Assembly: GCA_039028615.1 (NCBI GenBank)
Contig: JBCCHT010000031.1
Location: forward strand, 89,425-153,424
Length of the DNA: 64,000 nucleotides
From: Myxococcota bacterium
Lineage (GTDB): Bacteria; Myxococcota_A; Polyangia; Nannocystales; Nannocystaceae
Direction of reading: 5' to 3'
Part shown: piece after piece, positions 31,558-46,616 of the stretch
Position numbering within the stretch: the first letter of the stretch is position 1
How the letters are laid out: each line of letters starts with the position of its first letter
The notes under the pieces: model-generated
Told to the model about the DNA's origin: nothing
The model's database searches: none
The model's input: only the letters and a program-made list of their open reading frames with translations
Translations under genes and position numbers: made by a program

Positions 31558-32205
31558 GTGCCGGCGATTTTTCCTCGTTGGACGAATAATATTCCGATTG
31601 CGATCGGTCTTCTCGCCCCCCTTGTGGGAGCGAGCCTGATCTTCGCGGTTTGGTACTGGTTCTCGCCCAGCTACACCGACGTCGGGTATCGCCCCGAGCA
31701 GCCGGTGCCGTACAGCCACAAGCTGCACGCGGGCGACATGGGCATGGACTGCCGCTACTGCCACAACACGGTAGAGCGATCAGCCCACGCCTCCATTCCA
31801 CCCACGGCCACGTGTATGAACTGCCACGAGCAGGTCAAGACGGAGAGCCTGCGGCTTCGCAAGGTCCGCGAAAGCTACAAGACGGGAGAGCCCATTCCTT
31901 GGGTCCGCGTCCATCAGCTTCCGGACTTCGCGTACTTCAACCACTCCGCCCACCTGGCGGCTGGCGTTGGGTGCGCGTCTTGCCACGGTCGAGTGGATAA
32001 GATGGTGGTGGTCGAGATGAAGCAGCCCCTGTCGATGGGGTGGTGCCTCGACTGTCATCGAGACCCAGAGCCGAACCTGCGGCCCTTGGACCAAGTGACC
32101 AACATGAACTGGGATCCTGCTGAAGAGGTCTACGACCCCAAGCAGGATCCGGAACGCAAGCGGCAGGTCAACCCGCCCTTGCACTGCTCGGGGTGTCACC
32201 GATGA
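31558..32205 (+). CDS. actA: Alternative complex III pentaheme cytochrome c subunit
   Basis: N-terminal TM; QPVPYSHKLH; five CxxCH (CRYCH, CMNCH, CASCH, CLDCH, CSGCH). Confidence 0.95.
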   Translation: MPAIFPRWTNNIPIAIGLLAPLVGASLIFAVWYWFSPSYTDVGYRPEQPVPYSHKLHAGDMGMDCRYCHNTVERSAHASIPPTATCMNCHEQVKTESLRLRKVRESYKTGEPIPWVRVHQLPDFAYFNHSAHLAAGVGCASCHGRVDKMVVVEMKQPLSMGWCLDCHRDPEPNLRPLDQVTNMNWDPAEEVYDPKQDPERKRQVNPPLHCSGCHR

Positions 32206-35200
32206 GAGACCTCAAAGCATACCGTCACGGCTACTGGCGTAGCCTCGACCATCGGGCGCAGTCCCATGACGAGGAAGCCGACGCGTGGCGAGAGTTTCCC
32301 GAAGGGGCGAAGCAAGCACCGCCGGTTCCGGCCGACTCGTTGTCTCGACGCAAGTTCGTCGGGGTGATGGGGGCTTCGGCCGCGCTCGCGGGCTCGGTTG
32401 CCACGACCGGCTGCATCCGCAAGCCCAAAGAGGAGATTCTCCCCTTTGCGGAGCGCCCCGAGGACCTGATCCCCGGTAAACCTCTATATTACGCGAGCGC
32501 GTTCGCCGAGTGCGGCAGTGTCGCCGGCGTTTTGGTGGAGAGCCAGGACGGTCGTCCGACCAAGATCGAGGGCAACCCCCGGCATTCGGGCTCGCAGGGG
32601 GGAACGAGCACTTTCGCGCAAGCCGCGGTCCTCACCCTCTACGATCCCGATCGTACCCGGGCCCCGCTGCAGGGCGACCAGGTCGCGCAGTGGGCCGACG
32701 TCAAGACGGCGGTGGGCGAGGTCATCGAGGCGCACGTCGCCAAGAAGGGCCAAGGCCTGGCGCTGGTGCTGCCGCAGGTCCTGTCGCCGACGCAGCGCTA
32801 CCAGCTCCAGCAGCTGCGCGAGCGCATGCCCGAGGCGAAGGTCTACGTCGACGACGCGACCATGCCGGGCAACGTCATCGCCGCGGCCGAGCTGGTCGGT
32901 GGTGAAGGCGCTCGCAACTTCCACTCGCTGACCGACACCCGCGTGGTGTTCTCGGCGGACTCCGACTTCCTCGGAGGCGAGACCGACTCGACGCGACTCA
33001 ACCGCGAGTGGGCGGCGACCCGCAAGGTCGTGCAGACCACGGACGAGATGAGCCGTCTGTACGTCATCGAGCCGCACCTGAGCAGCACGGGCGTGATGGC
33101 GGACCACCGCTTGCGCGTGAAGTCGAGCCTGGTGGGCGACGTGGTCATCGCGTTGGCCCGGTCGCTCGACGGCCAGGGCGTGACGTGGCCGGCCGCGGCC
33201 GCGGGCGTCATCGCTCAGCTGCCTCAGGTGACCCTGGACGAGGGCACGACGAAGTTCGTCAACGCGCTCGCCAAGGACCTCACCAAAGAGGAGAACAAGC
33301 GCAAGACGGCCGTTCTCATCGGCGAGCGCCAGCCCATGTGGGTGCACGCCCTGGGCACGCTGATCAACGCCGGTCTCGGCAACAACGGCACCTCGCAGCG
33401 CTGGATCTTCGACCGGGAGGCGATCCGCCTGACGCCGGTCTCCGAGCTCGCGAAGGCCTCCGACGTGGAGACCGTGCTGTGCCTGGGCACCAACCCCGCC
33501 TACGACACGCCGGCCGTGCTCGGCCTGGCCGACAAGCTCGCCGGGCTGCAGACCATCCACTTCGGTCTGTACCGCGACGAGACCGCGGCCATCGCCAAAT
33601 GGCACATCCCCGTCTCGCACTGGCTCGAGACCTGGGGTGACCTGCAGGCGCTCGACGGCACCGTGGCCATCGTGCAGCCGCTCATCGCTCCGCTGCACGA
33701 CACCTGGAGCATCACCGAGTGGCTCGGCTTCGTCGCCAGCGGCTCGATGCTCGACGGCTACAGCGTCGTCAAGTACGGCTACTCGGAGCGCCTCGGAGGC
33801 GCCTTCTCCGAGAAGATGTGGCGTCGCTGGGTTCACGACGGCGTGGTCAGCGGTATCCCCCGGGAGCCGGTGCTGCCCAAGCTCGACTGGACCAAGCTCG
33901 CCGAGGCGGTGGCCAAGGGTCGTCGCGCGGTGGAAGGCACCGAGATCGACTTCCGCCTGTGCCCCAAGGTCGCCGATGGCCGCCTGGGCAACAACGCGTG
34001 GATGCAGGAGCTGCCCCACCCGATCACCAAGATCACTTGGGACAACGCGGCCTACATGAGCGCCGCCACGGCCAAGCAGTTCGGGGTGAGCGACGGCGAC
34101 CTCGTCAGCATCACCGTCAACGGTCGGTCCATCAAGATCGCCGCCTTCGTGGCGCCCGGTCAGGCCGAGGACGCCATCACCGTCAGCCTGGGCTACGGCC
34201 ACGACTGGGGCTCGGTGGGCAAGGACGTCGGCGTGAACGTCTACGAAGTCCTGCCCGCCAGCGACGACGGTGACATCCCCTGGTTCGCCGGTGGCCAGGT
34301 CGCCGCCGCGGGTGGAACCCACCAGCTGGTCAGCACTCAGGACTATGGTCGGCTCAAGCCGCCCACTCTGATGGGTGTCGAGTACCCCGAGCGCCCCATC
34401 GTGCTCGAGGCTACGCGCGACGAGTGGGCCAAGGACCCGAGCTTCGTCGAGAAGGTCAACCTCATGGAGCCTGCCCGGCTCAAGCATCTGTGGGAGCCCC
34501 CGGAGATGAAGGGCAAGCAGCAGTGGGGCATGGTCATCGACCTCAACACCTGCTCGGGCTGCAACGCTTGCGTCGTCGCCTGCCAGGCCGAGAACAACAT
34601 CCCGGTCGTGGGCAAGAAGCAGGTGGCCAACGGTCGCGAGATGCACTGGATGCGCATCGACCGTTACTTCCGGGGAGACGAGGACAACCCGACTGCGGTG
34701 GTCCAGCCGATGTCGTGTCAGCACTGCGAGGCAGCGCCCTGCGAGACGGTTTGCCCGGTCGCGGCCACGACGCACAGCCCCGAGGGGCTCAACGACATGG
34801 CCTACAACCGCTGCATCGGCACGCGGTACTGCTCGAACAACTGCCCGTACAAGGTACGGCGCTACAACTTCTTCAACTACAACCTCGACCTTCGGCCCGG
34901 AGAGTTCTGGACCGACGATGCCGACGGCGCCCGCCTGCGGCAGCTTCAGAAGAACCCGGACGTCACCATCCGGTTCCGCGGGGTCATGGAGAAGTGCACG
35001 TACTGCGTGCAGCGCATCAACCAGGCCAAGATCGAGGCCCACGTTGCCGGCAAGGACAAGGTCGCCGACAACGACATCATGACGGCCTGCGACCAGGCCT
35101 GCCCTTCCGGCTCCATCGTCTTCGGCGACATCAGCGACCCCGAGTCGAAGGTGTCGATCGCGAGGAACAGCAGCCGCAACTACCAGGTGCTTCGCGACCT

Positions 35201-35264
35201 GAACGTCCGGCCTCGGACGTCCTACTTGGCGCGCATCCGTAACCCGAACCCGGAGCTGGTGTAG
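32202..35264 (+). CDS. actB: Alternative complex III ActB (molybdopterin-oxidoreductase-like plus Fe-S domain, Tat signal)
   Basis: [12 protein letters not shown] Tat motif; [52 protein letters not shown]. Confidence 0.95.
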   Translation: MRDLKAYRHGYWRSLDHRAQSHDEEADAWREFPEGAKQAPPVPADSLSRRKFVGVMGASAALAGSVATTGCIRKPKEEILPFAERPEDLIPGKPLYYASAFAECGSVAGVLVESQDGRPTKIEGNPRHSGSQGGTSTFAQAAVLTLYDPDRTRAPLQGDQVAQWADVKTAVGEVIEAHVAKKGQGLALVLPQVLSPTQRYQLQQLRERMPEAKVYVDDATMPGNVIAAAELVGGEGARNFHSLTDTRVVFSADSDFLGGETDSTRLNREWAATRKVVQTTDEMSRLYVIEPHLSSTGVMADHRLRVKSSLVGDVVIALARSLDGQGVTWPAAAAGVIAQLPQVTLDEGTTKFVNALAKDLTKEENKRKTAVLIGERQPMWVHALGTLINAGLGNNGTSQRWIFDREAIRLTPVSELAKASDVETVLCLGTNPAYDTPAVLGLADKLAGLQTIHFGLYRDETAAIAKWHIPVSHWLETWGDLQALDGTVAIVQPLIAPLHDTWSITEWLGFVASGSMLDGYSVVKYGYSERLGGAFSEKMWRRWVHDGVVSGIPREPVLPKLDWTKLAEAVAKGRRAVEGTEIDFRLCPKVADGRLGNNAWMQELPHPITKITWDNAAYMSAATAKQFGVSDGDLVSITVNGRSIKIAAFVAPGQAEDAITVSLGYGHDWGSVGKDVGVNVYEVLPASDDGDIPWFAGGQVAAAGGTHQLVSTQDYGRLKPPTLMGVEYPERPIVLEATRDEWAKDPSFVEKVNLMEPARLKHLWEPPEMKGKQQWGMVIDLNTCSGCNACVVACQAENNIPVVGKKQVANGREMHWMRIDRYFRGDEDNPTAVVQPMSCQHCEAAPCETVCPVAATTHSPEGLNDMAYNRCIGTRYCSNNCPYKVRRYNFFNYNLDLRPGEFWTDDADGARLRQLQKNPDVTIRFRGVMEKCTYCVQRINQAKIEAHVAGKDKVADNDIMTACDQACPSGSIVFGDISDPESKVSIARNSSRNYQVLRDLNVRPRTSYLARIRNPNPELV

Positions 35265-35266
35265 CC

Positions 35267-37055
<1,789 letters not shown>

Positions 37056-37063
<8 letters not shown>

Positions 37064-37595
37064 ACGACCGAAGGTCTACGGCCTCTTGGCCGAGTACGAG
37101 ACTCCCGCCGACCTGTACAAGGCCTGCGAGAAGGTCCGCGACGCCGGCTACGGCGCCTGGGATGCCCACACCCCGTTCCCCGTGCACGGCCTCGAGAAGG
37201 CGATGGGCCTGCGGCCCTCCATCGTGCCGTGGATCGTCTTCGTGATGGGCTTTTCGGGGGCCAGCCTGGGCTTCCTGCTCCAGTGGTGGACCTCTGTGGT
37301 CGACTACCCGCTCATCATCTCGGGCAAGCCCTACAACAGCTATCCGGCGTTCGTGCCGGTGGTGTTCGAGCTGGGCATCCTGCTCGGCTCGTTCGGGGCG
37401 GTCTTCGGGATGTTCGGGCTCAACCGGCTTCCGACGCTCTACCACTCGCTGTTCAACAGCTCTCGCTTCTCGCGCGTGACCGACGATCGGTTCTACATCT
37501 CGATCGAGGCTCGCGACCCCAAGTACGACCCCGAGAAGACCCGCGAGCTGCTCGATTCGACCCAAGCCCTCCACATCGAGGAGGTCGAGGACTAG
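37056..37595 (+). CDS. actD: Alternative complex III ActD (DUF3341)
   Basis: [32 protein letters not shown]. Confidence 0.93.
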
Positions 37596-37597
37596 TC

Positions 37598-38236
37598 ATG
37601 GCTCACTCACGCAAAACGTGGGCGGCAGCCGCCGCGCTGCTGACGCTGACGGTCATGGGCTGTCGGGGCAATACCTCCGACCAACCCCCCGTGCACCTGC
37701 AGCAGAACATGGACTTCCAGGAGAAGGGCGAGGCTCAGGAGCGCAACGACTTCTTCGCCGACGGTCGCGTCATGCGGCTGCCGGTCGAGGGCACCGTTGC
37801 GATGGGCCAGCTCCGGGAAGACGACCACATGTGGCGCGGCCGCCTGCCCAACGGGCAGCTCGCCGACGCTCTTCCCTCTGGCATCAAGCTCAACGCCGCT
37901 CTGCTCGACCGCGGCGAGGAGCGCTACAACATCTACTGTCAGCCCTGTCACGGCACGACCGGTCACGGCAACGGTCCGGCGACTCGCCGTGGCGGTGGAT
38001 TCGCGGTCAAGCCCGCGAACTTCCATCAGCAGAAGTTCCAGCCCGTTCCGCTCGGCTACCTCTACGACGTGGCCACCCGGGGCAAGGGCTCCATGAAGGG
38101 CTACAAGTCCCAGATCCCGGTCGAGGATCGCTGGGCCATCGCGGCCTGGGTCCGGACTCTTCAGATCGCGGGTAACGGCACGGCCCAAGAGGTTCCGGCC
38201 CAGCTCGCCAAGCAAGCTCCCAGGAGGATCAAGTGA
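37598..38236 (+). CDS. actE: Alternative complex III ActE monoheme cytochrome c lipoprotein
   Basis: Lipobox VMGC; MDFQEK..FFADG..MRLPVEGTV; YCQPCHG; DRWAI. Confidence 0.92.
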   Translation: MAHSRKTWAAAAALLTLTVMGCRGNTSDQPPVHLQQNMDFQEKGEAQERNDFFADGRVMRLPVEGTVAMGQLREDDHMWRGRLPNGQLADALPSGIKLNAALLDRGEERYNIYCQPCHGTTGHGNGPATRRGGGFAVKPANFHQQKFQPVPLGYLYDVATRGKGSMKGYKSQIPVEDRWAIAAWVRTLQIAGNGTAQEVPAQLAKQAPRRIK

Positions 38237-39510
38237 GCGCGCACGACGATGGCATGCCGAGCCACGACGAGATCCACATCGGCTCTCGTTCGGGTTGGCG
38301 CAAATTGCCGGCGGTGTTTGGCGTGGTGGGCATCGCCTGCCTCGGCATCGGTTTCGCCACCAAGGGCGAGCACGGCGCTGATTTCTTCTTCTCGTACTTG
38401 GTCGCGCTGATGTTCTGGCTCGCGCTGGGACTCGGTGGCCTCTTCTTCGTCGTCGTGCAGCACGCGACCCGGGCCGGCTGGTCCATCGTGGTGCGACGCC
38501 TGGCGGAGAACGCGATGATGACGCTCCCGGTGCTCGGCCTGCTGGCCTTGCCGGTCGTCTTCTTGGGCGCCCACGACCTGTACCACTGGACGCACCTCGA
38601 GGTCGTCGCCGAGGACCCCATGCTCTCGGCGAAGCAGGGCTACCTCAACGAGGGCTTCTTCCGCATCCGCTCGGCCGTCTACATCGTCATCTGGACCGGC
38701 CTGGCCCTGATGTACTGGAACTGGTCGACCAAGCAGGACAACGCGCGCGACCCCATCGCGCTCACGCACAAGATGCGCTGGGCCGCACCGGTCTCGGTGA
38801 TGCTCTTCGCGCTGTCGCTGACCTTCGGGGCGTTCGACTTCCTGATGTCGCTGGACCCCCACTGGTTCTCGACCATCTTCGGCGTCTACTACTTCGCGGG
38901 CTGCGTGATCTTCATTCACGCGTTCCTGGCCCTCGTCACCATCTTGCTGCATCGCTCGGGTCACCTGCGCGGGGTCGTCACCCCGGAGCACTTCCATGAC
39001 CTCGGCAAGATGATGTTCGCGTTCACCGTGTTCTGGACCTACGTCGGGTTCTCCCAGTACATGCTGATCTGGTACGCGTCGATCCCGGAGGAGACCCACT
39101 GGTTCTCCTACCGCGGGCAGGGCGACTTCCTGGCGCTGAGCATCGCGATGATCTTCATCCGCTTCGTGTTCCCGTTCCTCGGGCTCATGTCGAAGAAGAT
39201 CAAGCGCAACCCCAAGACGCTCGCATTCTGGTGCGTGTGGGTCATGTTTGCTCAGGCCATCGACATGTTCTGGCTCATCAAGCCGGCGCACTCCGAGCTC
39301 GAGTACCAAGAGGCCGTCAAGGCCGCGGGCGGTGGCGTGGTCGACCAGGCCTCGTTCTTCTCGATTCACATCGGCCTCGCCGACGTGACCACCTTCCTCG
39401 GCATCGGCGGCCTCGTGCTCGCCGTCTTCACCTGGGCTACCTGCAAAAACGCGCTCATCCCGACCAAGGATCCGCGTCTGCTCGAGTCCATCAATCACGA
39501 GAACTTCTGA
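38233..39510 (+). CDS. actF: Alternative complex III ActF membrane subunit
   Basis: AGWSIVVRR, YLNEGFF, DFLMSLDPHWFSTIFG, HDLGKMMFAF, SQYMLIWY..PEET. Confidence 0.92.
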   Translation: MSAHDDGMPSHDEIHIGSRSGWRKLPAVFGVVGIACLGIGFATKGEHGADFFFSYLVALMFWLALGLGGLFFVVVQHATRAGWSIVVRRLAENAMMTLPVLGLLALPVVFLGAHDLYHWTHLEVVAEDPMLSAKQGYLNEGFFRIRSAVYIVIWTGLALMYWNWSTKQDNARDPIALTHKMRWAAPVSVMLFALSLTFGAFDFLMSLDPHWFSTIFGVYYFAGCVIFIHAFLALVTILLHRSGHLRGVVTPEHFHDLGKMMFAFTVFWTYVGFSQYMLIWYASIPEETHWFSYRGQGDFLALSIAMIFIRFVFPFLGLMSKKIKRNPKTLAFWCVWVMFAQAIDMFWLIKPAHSELEYQEAVKAAGGGVVDQASFFSIHIGLADVTTFLGIGGLVLAVFTWATCKNALIPTKDPRLLESINHENF

Positions 39511-39537
39511 GCCTTTGGATTGTAAAGGAGGTCAATC

Positions 39538-40212
39538 GTGAGCGACCACGAACACGACGATCACGCGGGGGCCCATGAGGTCGACAACATGCCGAGCGGC
39601 AAGTTGTTCAACCTGCTGTTCGGGCTGTCGGCCCTGACCCTGGCGGCATGCATCGGGGTGGTTCAGCTGTTCCACCAGCAGACCGCCAGCATCGAAGCCC
39701 AGCGCGCCAAAAAAGAGTCCTTCCAACTCACCGAGTACAAGGAAGAGATGGAAGCCATTCAGGCCGAGTGGTCCGTCGTCACCATCAACGACGACGACGG
39801 ACTCACCGAGGCTCAGGGTGGCAAGGGCCCGCACGAGGCGCGCCGCTACCAGATGCCGCTGAGCGAGGCGCGTAAGCGCGTGCTCGATGCGCCGGACAAG
39901 TCCCTCAAGGCTGGCCGTCGCTACCGCGGCTGGACCAACCCGGACGCGGACGCGCCCAAGCCGTCCGTCAAGCCTCGCGGTGCTGCGGGTCGACCGACCC
40001 CGCAGATTCGCCGACCTGCCGGAGCCGGTGCGCCCACCAAGGGCCTTCCGCCCGGCGTGGTCGTGCCGCCACGCGGTGCGCCCGCGCAGCCCAAGGGGGC
40101 CGCGCCCGCACCGAAGCCGACTCCGGCCCAGGCTCCTCCCAAGCCCGCGCCGAAGCCGACCCCGGCTCCCGCGCAGCCCAAGCCCGCCGCCCCGGCTCCG
40201 ACGCCCAACTGA
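39538..40212 (+). CDS. Single-TM ACIII-associated protein (ActG-like position) with Pro/Ala/Lys-rich tail
   Basis: RBS aaggagg before GTG; one TM; YQMPLSEA motif; located between actF and sco; PKPAPKPTPAPAQ tail. Confidence 0.65.
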   Translation: MSDHEHDDHAGAHEVDNMPSGKLFNLLFGLSALTLAACIGVVQLFHQQTASIEAQRAKKESFQLTEYKEEMEAIQAEWSVVTINDDDGLTEAQGGKGPHEARRYQMPLSEARKRVLDAPDKSLKAGRRYRGWTNPDADAPKPSVKPRGAAGRPTPQIRRPAGAGAPTKGLPPGVVVPPRGAPAQPKGAAPAPKPTPAQAPPKPAPKPTPAPAQPKPAAPAPTPN

Positions 40213-40231
40213 CGAGGCCCGAGTCCTTCCG

Positions 40232-41110
40232 ATGCGTACCGCTCGCTCCATCGCCGCTTTCGCGCTGCTGACCTTCGTTCTGTGGGTCGGCGGGGCGGCG
40301 CGTGCCATGGCGGAACCCGAGCAGCCCCTGTCTCCCGAGATGAGGGCCATCGAGGTCACCGATCATCGCGGCGATCGCATCGACACTGGACTCACCTTCG
40401 TCGACCACGACGGCAACGCGGTCAAGCTCGCCGACTTCTTCGACGGCGAGCGCCCGGTCGCGTTCACGCTGAACTACTACCGATGCCGGGTGGTCTGCAG
40501 CGTCCAGCTCAACGGTCTCGCCGACGCGGTGGCCGAGCTCGACTGGAATGCTGGCAAGGACTTCCGCATCGTCACCTTGAGCATCGACCCGCACGAGACG
40601 CCGGAGGACGCAACGAAAAAGCGTTCCACCATCGTCGAGGCGGTCGGCAAGGGCGACGGCATCGACTGGACCTTCCTGACCGGCGACGAACTTCCGGTTC
40701 GGGCCCTCGCTTCACAGCTCGGCATTGGCTACGCCTACGACGCCGAGCAAGACCAATACGCTCACCCCGGGGTCATCGTGTTCTTGACCCCGGACGGGCG
40801 GATCTCACGCTACGTCTACGGGCTCACCTACGACCCTCTCGACGTCAAGCTCGGCCTCCACGAGGCGAGTGACGGCAAGGTCGGAGGCCCCGTCGAGCAG
40901 CTTTTCCTCAGCTGTTTCAGCTACGACCCCACCATCGGTCGGTACGGACCCTTCGCCATGGGCATCATGCGCCTCGGCGGGAGTCTCACCGCGCTGATCC
41001 TCGGGCTCGTGCTCTTCTTCCTCTGGCGGCGTGAGCGTCGCCAGGCACGCCGTGAAACCACGCACCCCGCGGGCCGCTTGGCTGCGTCCCGCAGCGCGGA
41101 GGCAGTATGA
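40232..41110 (+). CDS. SCO/SenC-family protein (ACIII-oxidase associated)
   Basis: YYRCRVVC, SIDPHET, QYAHPG, LTPDGRISRY, CFSYDPT; C-terminal TM. Confidence 0.9.
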   Translation: MRTARSIAAFALLTFVLWVGGAARAMAEPEQPLSPEMRAIEVTDHRGDRIDTGLTFVDHDGNAVKLADFFDGERPVAFTLNYYRCRVVCSVQLNGLADAVAELDWNAGKDFRIVTLSIDPHETPEDATKKRSTIVEAVGKGDGIDWTFLTGDELPVRALASQLGIGYAYDAEQDQYAHPGVIVFLTPDGRISRYVYGLTYDPLDVKLGLHEASDGKVGGPVEQLFLSCFSYDPTIGRYGPFAMGIMRLGGSLTALILGLVLFFLWRRERRQARRETTHPAGRLAASRSAEAV

Positions 41111-42186
41111 TCCTCAGCATGTTGATGGCACCGGAGCAGGCGGCCAAGGCCGCCGAGACCGCGCAAAAAGCCGCCGAAACCGCCACGGAAGCGGGCAAGA
41201 CCCCGCCGCCGTGGGAGACCCTCACCCCGTGGTCCACGCTGCCTCAGGCGTCCACGTTCGCCGAGGGGACCGACAACGTCTACCTGTTCATCGTCGTCCT
41301 GTCGGTGTTCTTCTTCGTCCTCATCATGGGCGTGCAGGGGTACTTCATGTGGAAGTACCGCCGCCTCAGCGAGGATCAGAAGACCAGCTCGATCACCCAC
41401 AACGGCAAGCTGGAGTTCCTGTGGAGCGCCATCCCGGCCGTGTTGCTGGTGGTGATCTTCGTCTGGGGCGAGGTCGACTTCCTCAAGCAGGCCGTGCCGC
41501 CCTCCGACGCCATCCAGGTCCGCGTGACCGGGCGTCAGTGGTACTGGACGGTCGACTACCCCGACCACCCGGGCGTGCAGCTGACCTCGAGCGTCGACGA
41601 CAGCACCGTCACCATGATGGTGCCCAAGGGGCGCCCGGTGCAGCTGACCATGACCTCGGAGGACGTCCTCCACTCGTTCTACATCCCGGCCTTCCGCGTC
41701 AAGCGCGACGTCGTGCCGGGTCGCTACACCACGATGTGGTTCGAGGCGACGCAGGTCGGCGAGTTCAACATGTACTGCGCCGAGTACTGCGGTGACCAAC
41801 ACTCCGCCATGGTCGGCGTGGTCAAGGTGCTCGAGCCCGAGCTCTTCGACGCCGCTCTGGCCGAGGCCGGTCGCCTCGAGCAGGACGAAGGCGAGAGCCT
41901 CGCCGACTTCGGCAAGCGCATCTACAGCCGCCGCGGCTGCAATGCCTGCCACTCCATCGACGGCTCGCCCAAGACCGGCCCCACCTGGAAGGGCCTTTGG
42001 GGCAAGCAAGAGACCACCGACAAGGGCACGGTCACCGTCGACGACAACTACGTGCGCGAGTCCGTGCTCGAGCCCAATGCCCAGATCGTCTCTGGGTTCA
42101 ACGGCGTGAAGATGCCGAGCTACAAGGGCCAGCTCGAGGACAAGCACATCACCGCCCTCATCGAGTACATCAAGACCCTCAAGTGA
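41107..42186 (+). CDS. coxB: Cytochrome c oxidase subunit II with fused cytochrome c (caa3-type)
   Basis: Two TMs; [22 protein letters not shown]uA site; C-terminal CNACH...MPSY. Confidence 0.96.
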   Translation: MILSMLMAPEQAAKAAETAQKAAETATEAGKTPPPWETLTPWSTLPQASTFAEGTDNVYLFIVVLSVFFFVLIMGVQGYFMWKYRRLSEDQKTSSITHNGKLEFLWSAIPAVLLVVIFVWGEVDFLKQAVPPSDAIQVRVTGRQWYWTVDYPDHPGVQLTSSVDDSTVTMMVPKGRPVQLTMTSEDVLHSFYIPAFRVKRDVVPGRYTTMWFEATQVGEFNMYCAEYCGDQHSAMVGVVKVLEPELFDAALAEAGRLEQDEGESLADFGKRIYSRRGCNACHSIDGSPKTGPTWKGLWGKQETTDKGTVTVDDNYVRESVLEPNAQIVSGFNGVKMPSYKGQLEDKHITALIEYIKTLK

Positions 42187-42209
42187 GCGGGTCATCGGGG
42201 ATTAGCGAC

Positions 42210-43949
<1,740 letters not shown>

Positions 43950-44000
43950 CGTGCGGCGAGGTGCCACCTCGCCGACTCTTCACCGAGGGCCGACTCGACC

Positions 44001-44693
44001 ATGAGCAGCGACCACGATAGTCCGAAGGCGCATCGCCCCGAAGGGGCGCAAGAGCCTCACGCCTTTATGGCCCACCACTTCAACACGCCCGGCCAGCAGG
44101 CGGGCGCGGCGAAGTTTGGCATGTGGGTCTTCCTCGCCACTGAAATCTTGATGTTCAGTGGCCTGTTCCTCGCCTACTTCATCGTCCGGATGCACTACCC
44201 GGACATGGTGCTGGCGGCGCACGAGCACCTGAACAAGGTTGCCGGCGGTGTCAACACGGTGGTGCTCATCACCTCGAGCCTCACCATGGCGCTCGCGGTG
44301 CGGGCCGCTCAGGTCGGCAACACGCCGGCCATCAAGCGGAACCTGCTGCTGACCATCGCCTTCGCGTTCGTCTTCATGGTGGTCAAGTACTTCGAGTACA
44401 CCGCCAAGATCGAACACGGGATGCTTCCCGGGAAGTTCTACAACGCGCACGAGCACGGGTACCTGATCGAGGGGCACCCGCACATCTTCTTCGCGGTGTA
44501 CTTCTGCATGACCGGTCTGCACGGAATCCACGTGCTCATCGGTATCGGCGTGCTGACCTGGGTCTACCTGCGGGCGGCCAAGGGGCAGTTCGGTCCCAGC
44601 TACTACACCCCGGTCGAGAACGTGGGCCTTTACTGGCACCTTGTCGACCTCGTCTGGATCTTCCTTTTCCCGCTACTTTACCTGGTCAGGTAG
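44001..44693 (+). CDS. coxC: Cytochrome c oxidase subunit III
   Basis: [43 protein letters not shown]. Confidence 0.96.
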   Translation: MSSDHDSPKAHRPEGAQEPHAFMAHHFNTPGQQAGAAKFGMWVFLATEILMFSGLFLAYFIVRMHYPDMVLAAHEHLNKVAGGVNTVVLITSSLTMALAVRAAQVGNTPAIKRNLLLTIAFAFVFMVVKYFEYTAKIEHGMLPGKFYNAHEHGYLIEGHPHIFFAVYFCMTGLHGIHVLIGIGVLTWVYLRAAKGQFGPSYYTPVENVGLYWHLVDLVWIFLFPLLYLVR

Positions 44694-44706
44694 GAGGACA
44701 AAGGCC

Positions 44707-45210
44707 ATGAGCGAGACCAAGCTTCACCTGCATGGCAAGCCCGTCGAGGGCTTCGTCGAGTGCCACGAGCACATCAGCCCGTTCAAGAACTACATCGCGG
44801 TCTTCGTCGCGCTGCTCGTCCTGACCGGCCTGACCTACGCCGTGTCGTACATGAACCTGGGCCCGGCGAGCCTCCCGGTGGCGATGCTCGTCGCCCTCGC
44901 CAAGGCGTCACTCGTGTGCGCCTACTTCATGCACTTGGCGTACGACGACAAGTATCACGTGTTCATTTTCCTGAGCACGCTCATCTTCGTCGGCATCTTC
45001 TTCACGGTGACCATGTTCGACTTGAACAGCCGCGCCGAGCTGAGCGAAGAGCAGGGCACCTTCTTCATGAAGGACAATGACCGCGAGCCGCCGCCGACGC
45101 CTGTCGTCTCCGGTGGGCATGGCGAAGAAGGCGGCCACGCCGAAGGGGCCGCCGGCGCCGAGGCTGCCCCCGCCGCCGAGGGCGAAGCCAAGGCCGCGCC
45201 CGCGCACTGA
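44707..45210 (+). CDS. Cytochrome c oxidase subunit IV (prokaryotic)
   Basis: YIAVFVALLVLT, AKASLVCAYFMHL; three TMs. Confidence 0.9.
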   Translation: MSETKLHLHGKPVEGFVECHEHISPFKNYIAVFVALLVLTGLTYAVSYMNLGPASLPVAMLVALAKASLVCAYFMHLAYDDKYHVFIFLSTLIFVGIFFTVTMFDLNSRAELSEEQGTFFMKDNDREPPPTPVVSGGHGEEGGHAEGAAGAEAAPAAEGEAKAAPAH

Positions 45211-45244
45211 GCCGAAGCTTCGCTTCGACCGCGGTCGAAACACG

Positions 45245-45272
45245 AACGCCCGGGCCTGAGGGTCCGGGCGTT
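45245..45272. terminator. Hairpin terminator between convergent genes
   Basis: AACGCCCGGGCC-loop-GGTCCGGGCGTT. Confidence 0.6.
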
Positions 45273-45294
45273 GTTGCGTTCGGGGGCTTGGGGC

Positions 45295-46461
45295 TCAGCT
45301 GCTGCGCATGCTGGACACGAGGATCGAGATGCCGGACAGCCCCAGGATGAACACGCCCAGCCACGCCCAGAACGGGTCGTCCCACCAGTCACTCAGGGCG
45401 GTGTAGGCCAGAAAACCGGTGATGCCGAGCAGCCCGACCGCATAGACGAGCATGCCTGCGGTGGGCGGGGCGTCGCCGCCGGACTCCGCGTTGGCGCCCC
45501 ACTGGGTGCGGGGATCCGCCGAGCCGCCACCCCCGGCCGGAGCAGAACCGACCGGGCCGTGCACCTCGGCGATTTCGTCCTTGTCGAAGCCGAGCTGGAC
45601 CATCCAGCGGTTGCGCTCGCGATCGGGCGGAGGATCGGTGCGGTGACAGGCGCCTTCGATCAGGTCGATCTTGTTGCCGTCGCCCTGGCCGATGCCGATG
45701 CCGATCCACGCGCCGGGCCCGAACTCGAGCTCACCGGGCACGCGCCCGTGGTAGACGATGGCGCCGCAGTTGGCGTCTCGCTGGACGCCGAAGAGCACGA
45801 CCGCGGTGTCCTCGGTGGTGAAGGCACACAGCTTGCCGTTCTGCGAGCAGGCCACGTGCATGGGCGGATGCTCGCCGCCCCACTTGAGGTAAAGCTCCGG
45901 CTCGCCGCCGTCGACGGGGATGCGGAACACCCCGCGGGTGGTGGAGACCAGCCACCAACCCACGCGGCTATGGGCGAGCCCGGTGGCGTCGAAGCCGAGC
46001 TCCTTGGCGGGGCCCGGCTGCCCATCGAGCGCCACGGTGCGGAAGCTACCGTTTTTGCCGGCGACTGCGAGAACCTGACCACTGGGGTCGAAGCGGGCGA
46101 AGCGAGCGTCGGGCAGCGCGAACTGGCCCTTGGCCTCGGCGCCTTCGCCCCAGCTGATCCCGCCGTCGTGCACCACCGCCCAGCGTCCCGTTTCGGTGGC
46201 GGCGAGGGCCACGGCGGGATGTCCCACCGAGTGCGTCCACACCGTTTGGCCGGTGAGGGGGTCGATCCCCCGCAGCATGCCCTGGACGTCGACCGCCAGG
46301 ATCTGCTCGACCGTGTTGCGAACGCCGGCCACGGCGGCATCCAGCGCCACGATGTGGACGGTGTGGTCCTCGTTGCCGTCGCAGATGAAGACCTCGTGCT
46401 CGTGGGTCGAGGTCAGCCAGCGGCCGTTGAATCCGTAGGCGAAAGGGGCGGGGATCGTCAC
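45295..46461 (-). CDS. Hypothetical beta-propeller (WD40/PQQ-like) protein with two C-terminal TMs
   Basis: Repeated beta-strand blades (GIDPLTGQTVW, FDPSGQVLAVA, ACSQNGKLCAF) and two hydrophobic helices at the C-terminus; start uncertain. Confidence 0.6.
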   Translation of the reverse strand: MTIPAPFAYGFNGRWLTSTHEHEVFICDGNEDHTVHIVALDAAVAGVRNTVEQILAVDVQGMLRGIDPLTGQTVWTHSVGHPAVALAATETGRWAVVHDGGISWGEGAEAKGQFALPDARFARFDPSGQVLAVAGKNGSFRTVALDGQPGPAKELGFDATGLAHSRVGWWLVSTTRGVFRIPVDGGEPELYLKWGGEHPPMHVACSQNGKLCAFTTEDTAVVLFGVQRDANCGAIVYHGRVPGELEFGPGAWIGIGIGQGDGNKIDLIEGACHRTDPPPDRERNRWMVQLGFDKDEIAEVHGPVGSAPAGGGGSADPRTQWGANAESGGDAPPTAGMLVYAVGLLGITGFLAYTALSDWWDDPFWAWLGVFILGLSGISILVSSMRSS

Positions 46462-46616
46462 GTTTGAAACGACGGGACTCGCGCCGCGCGGTTGCAACCA
46501 AAATTACCCGCCGAGACCGCATTTTCAGCCTTAAATCACGGGTTTGCGCCCTGGGCCCCGATGCCCCGTGGGGGCACGTGTGGCAAGCTTCAGGCGCAAG
46601 GGAGCCCTGCCGAACG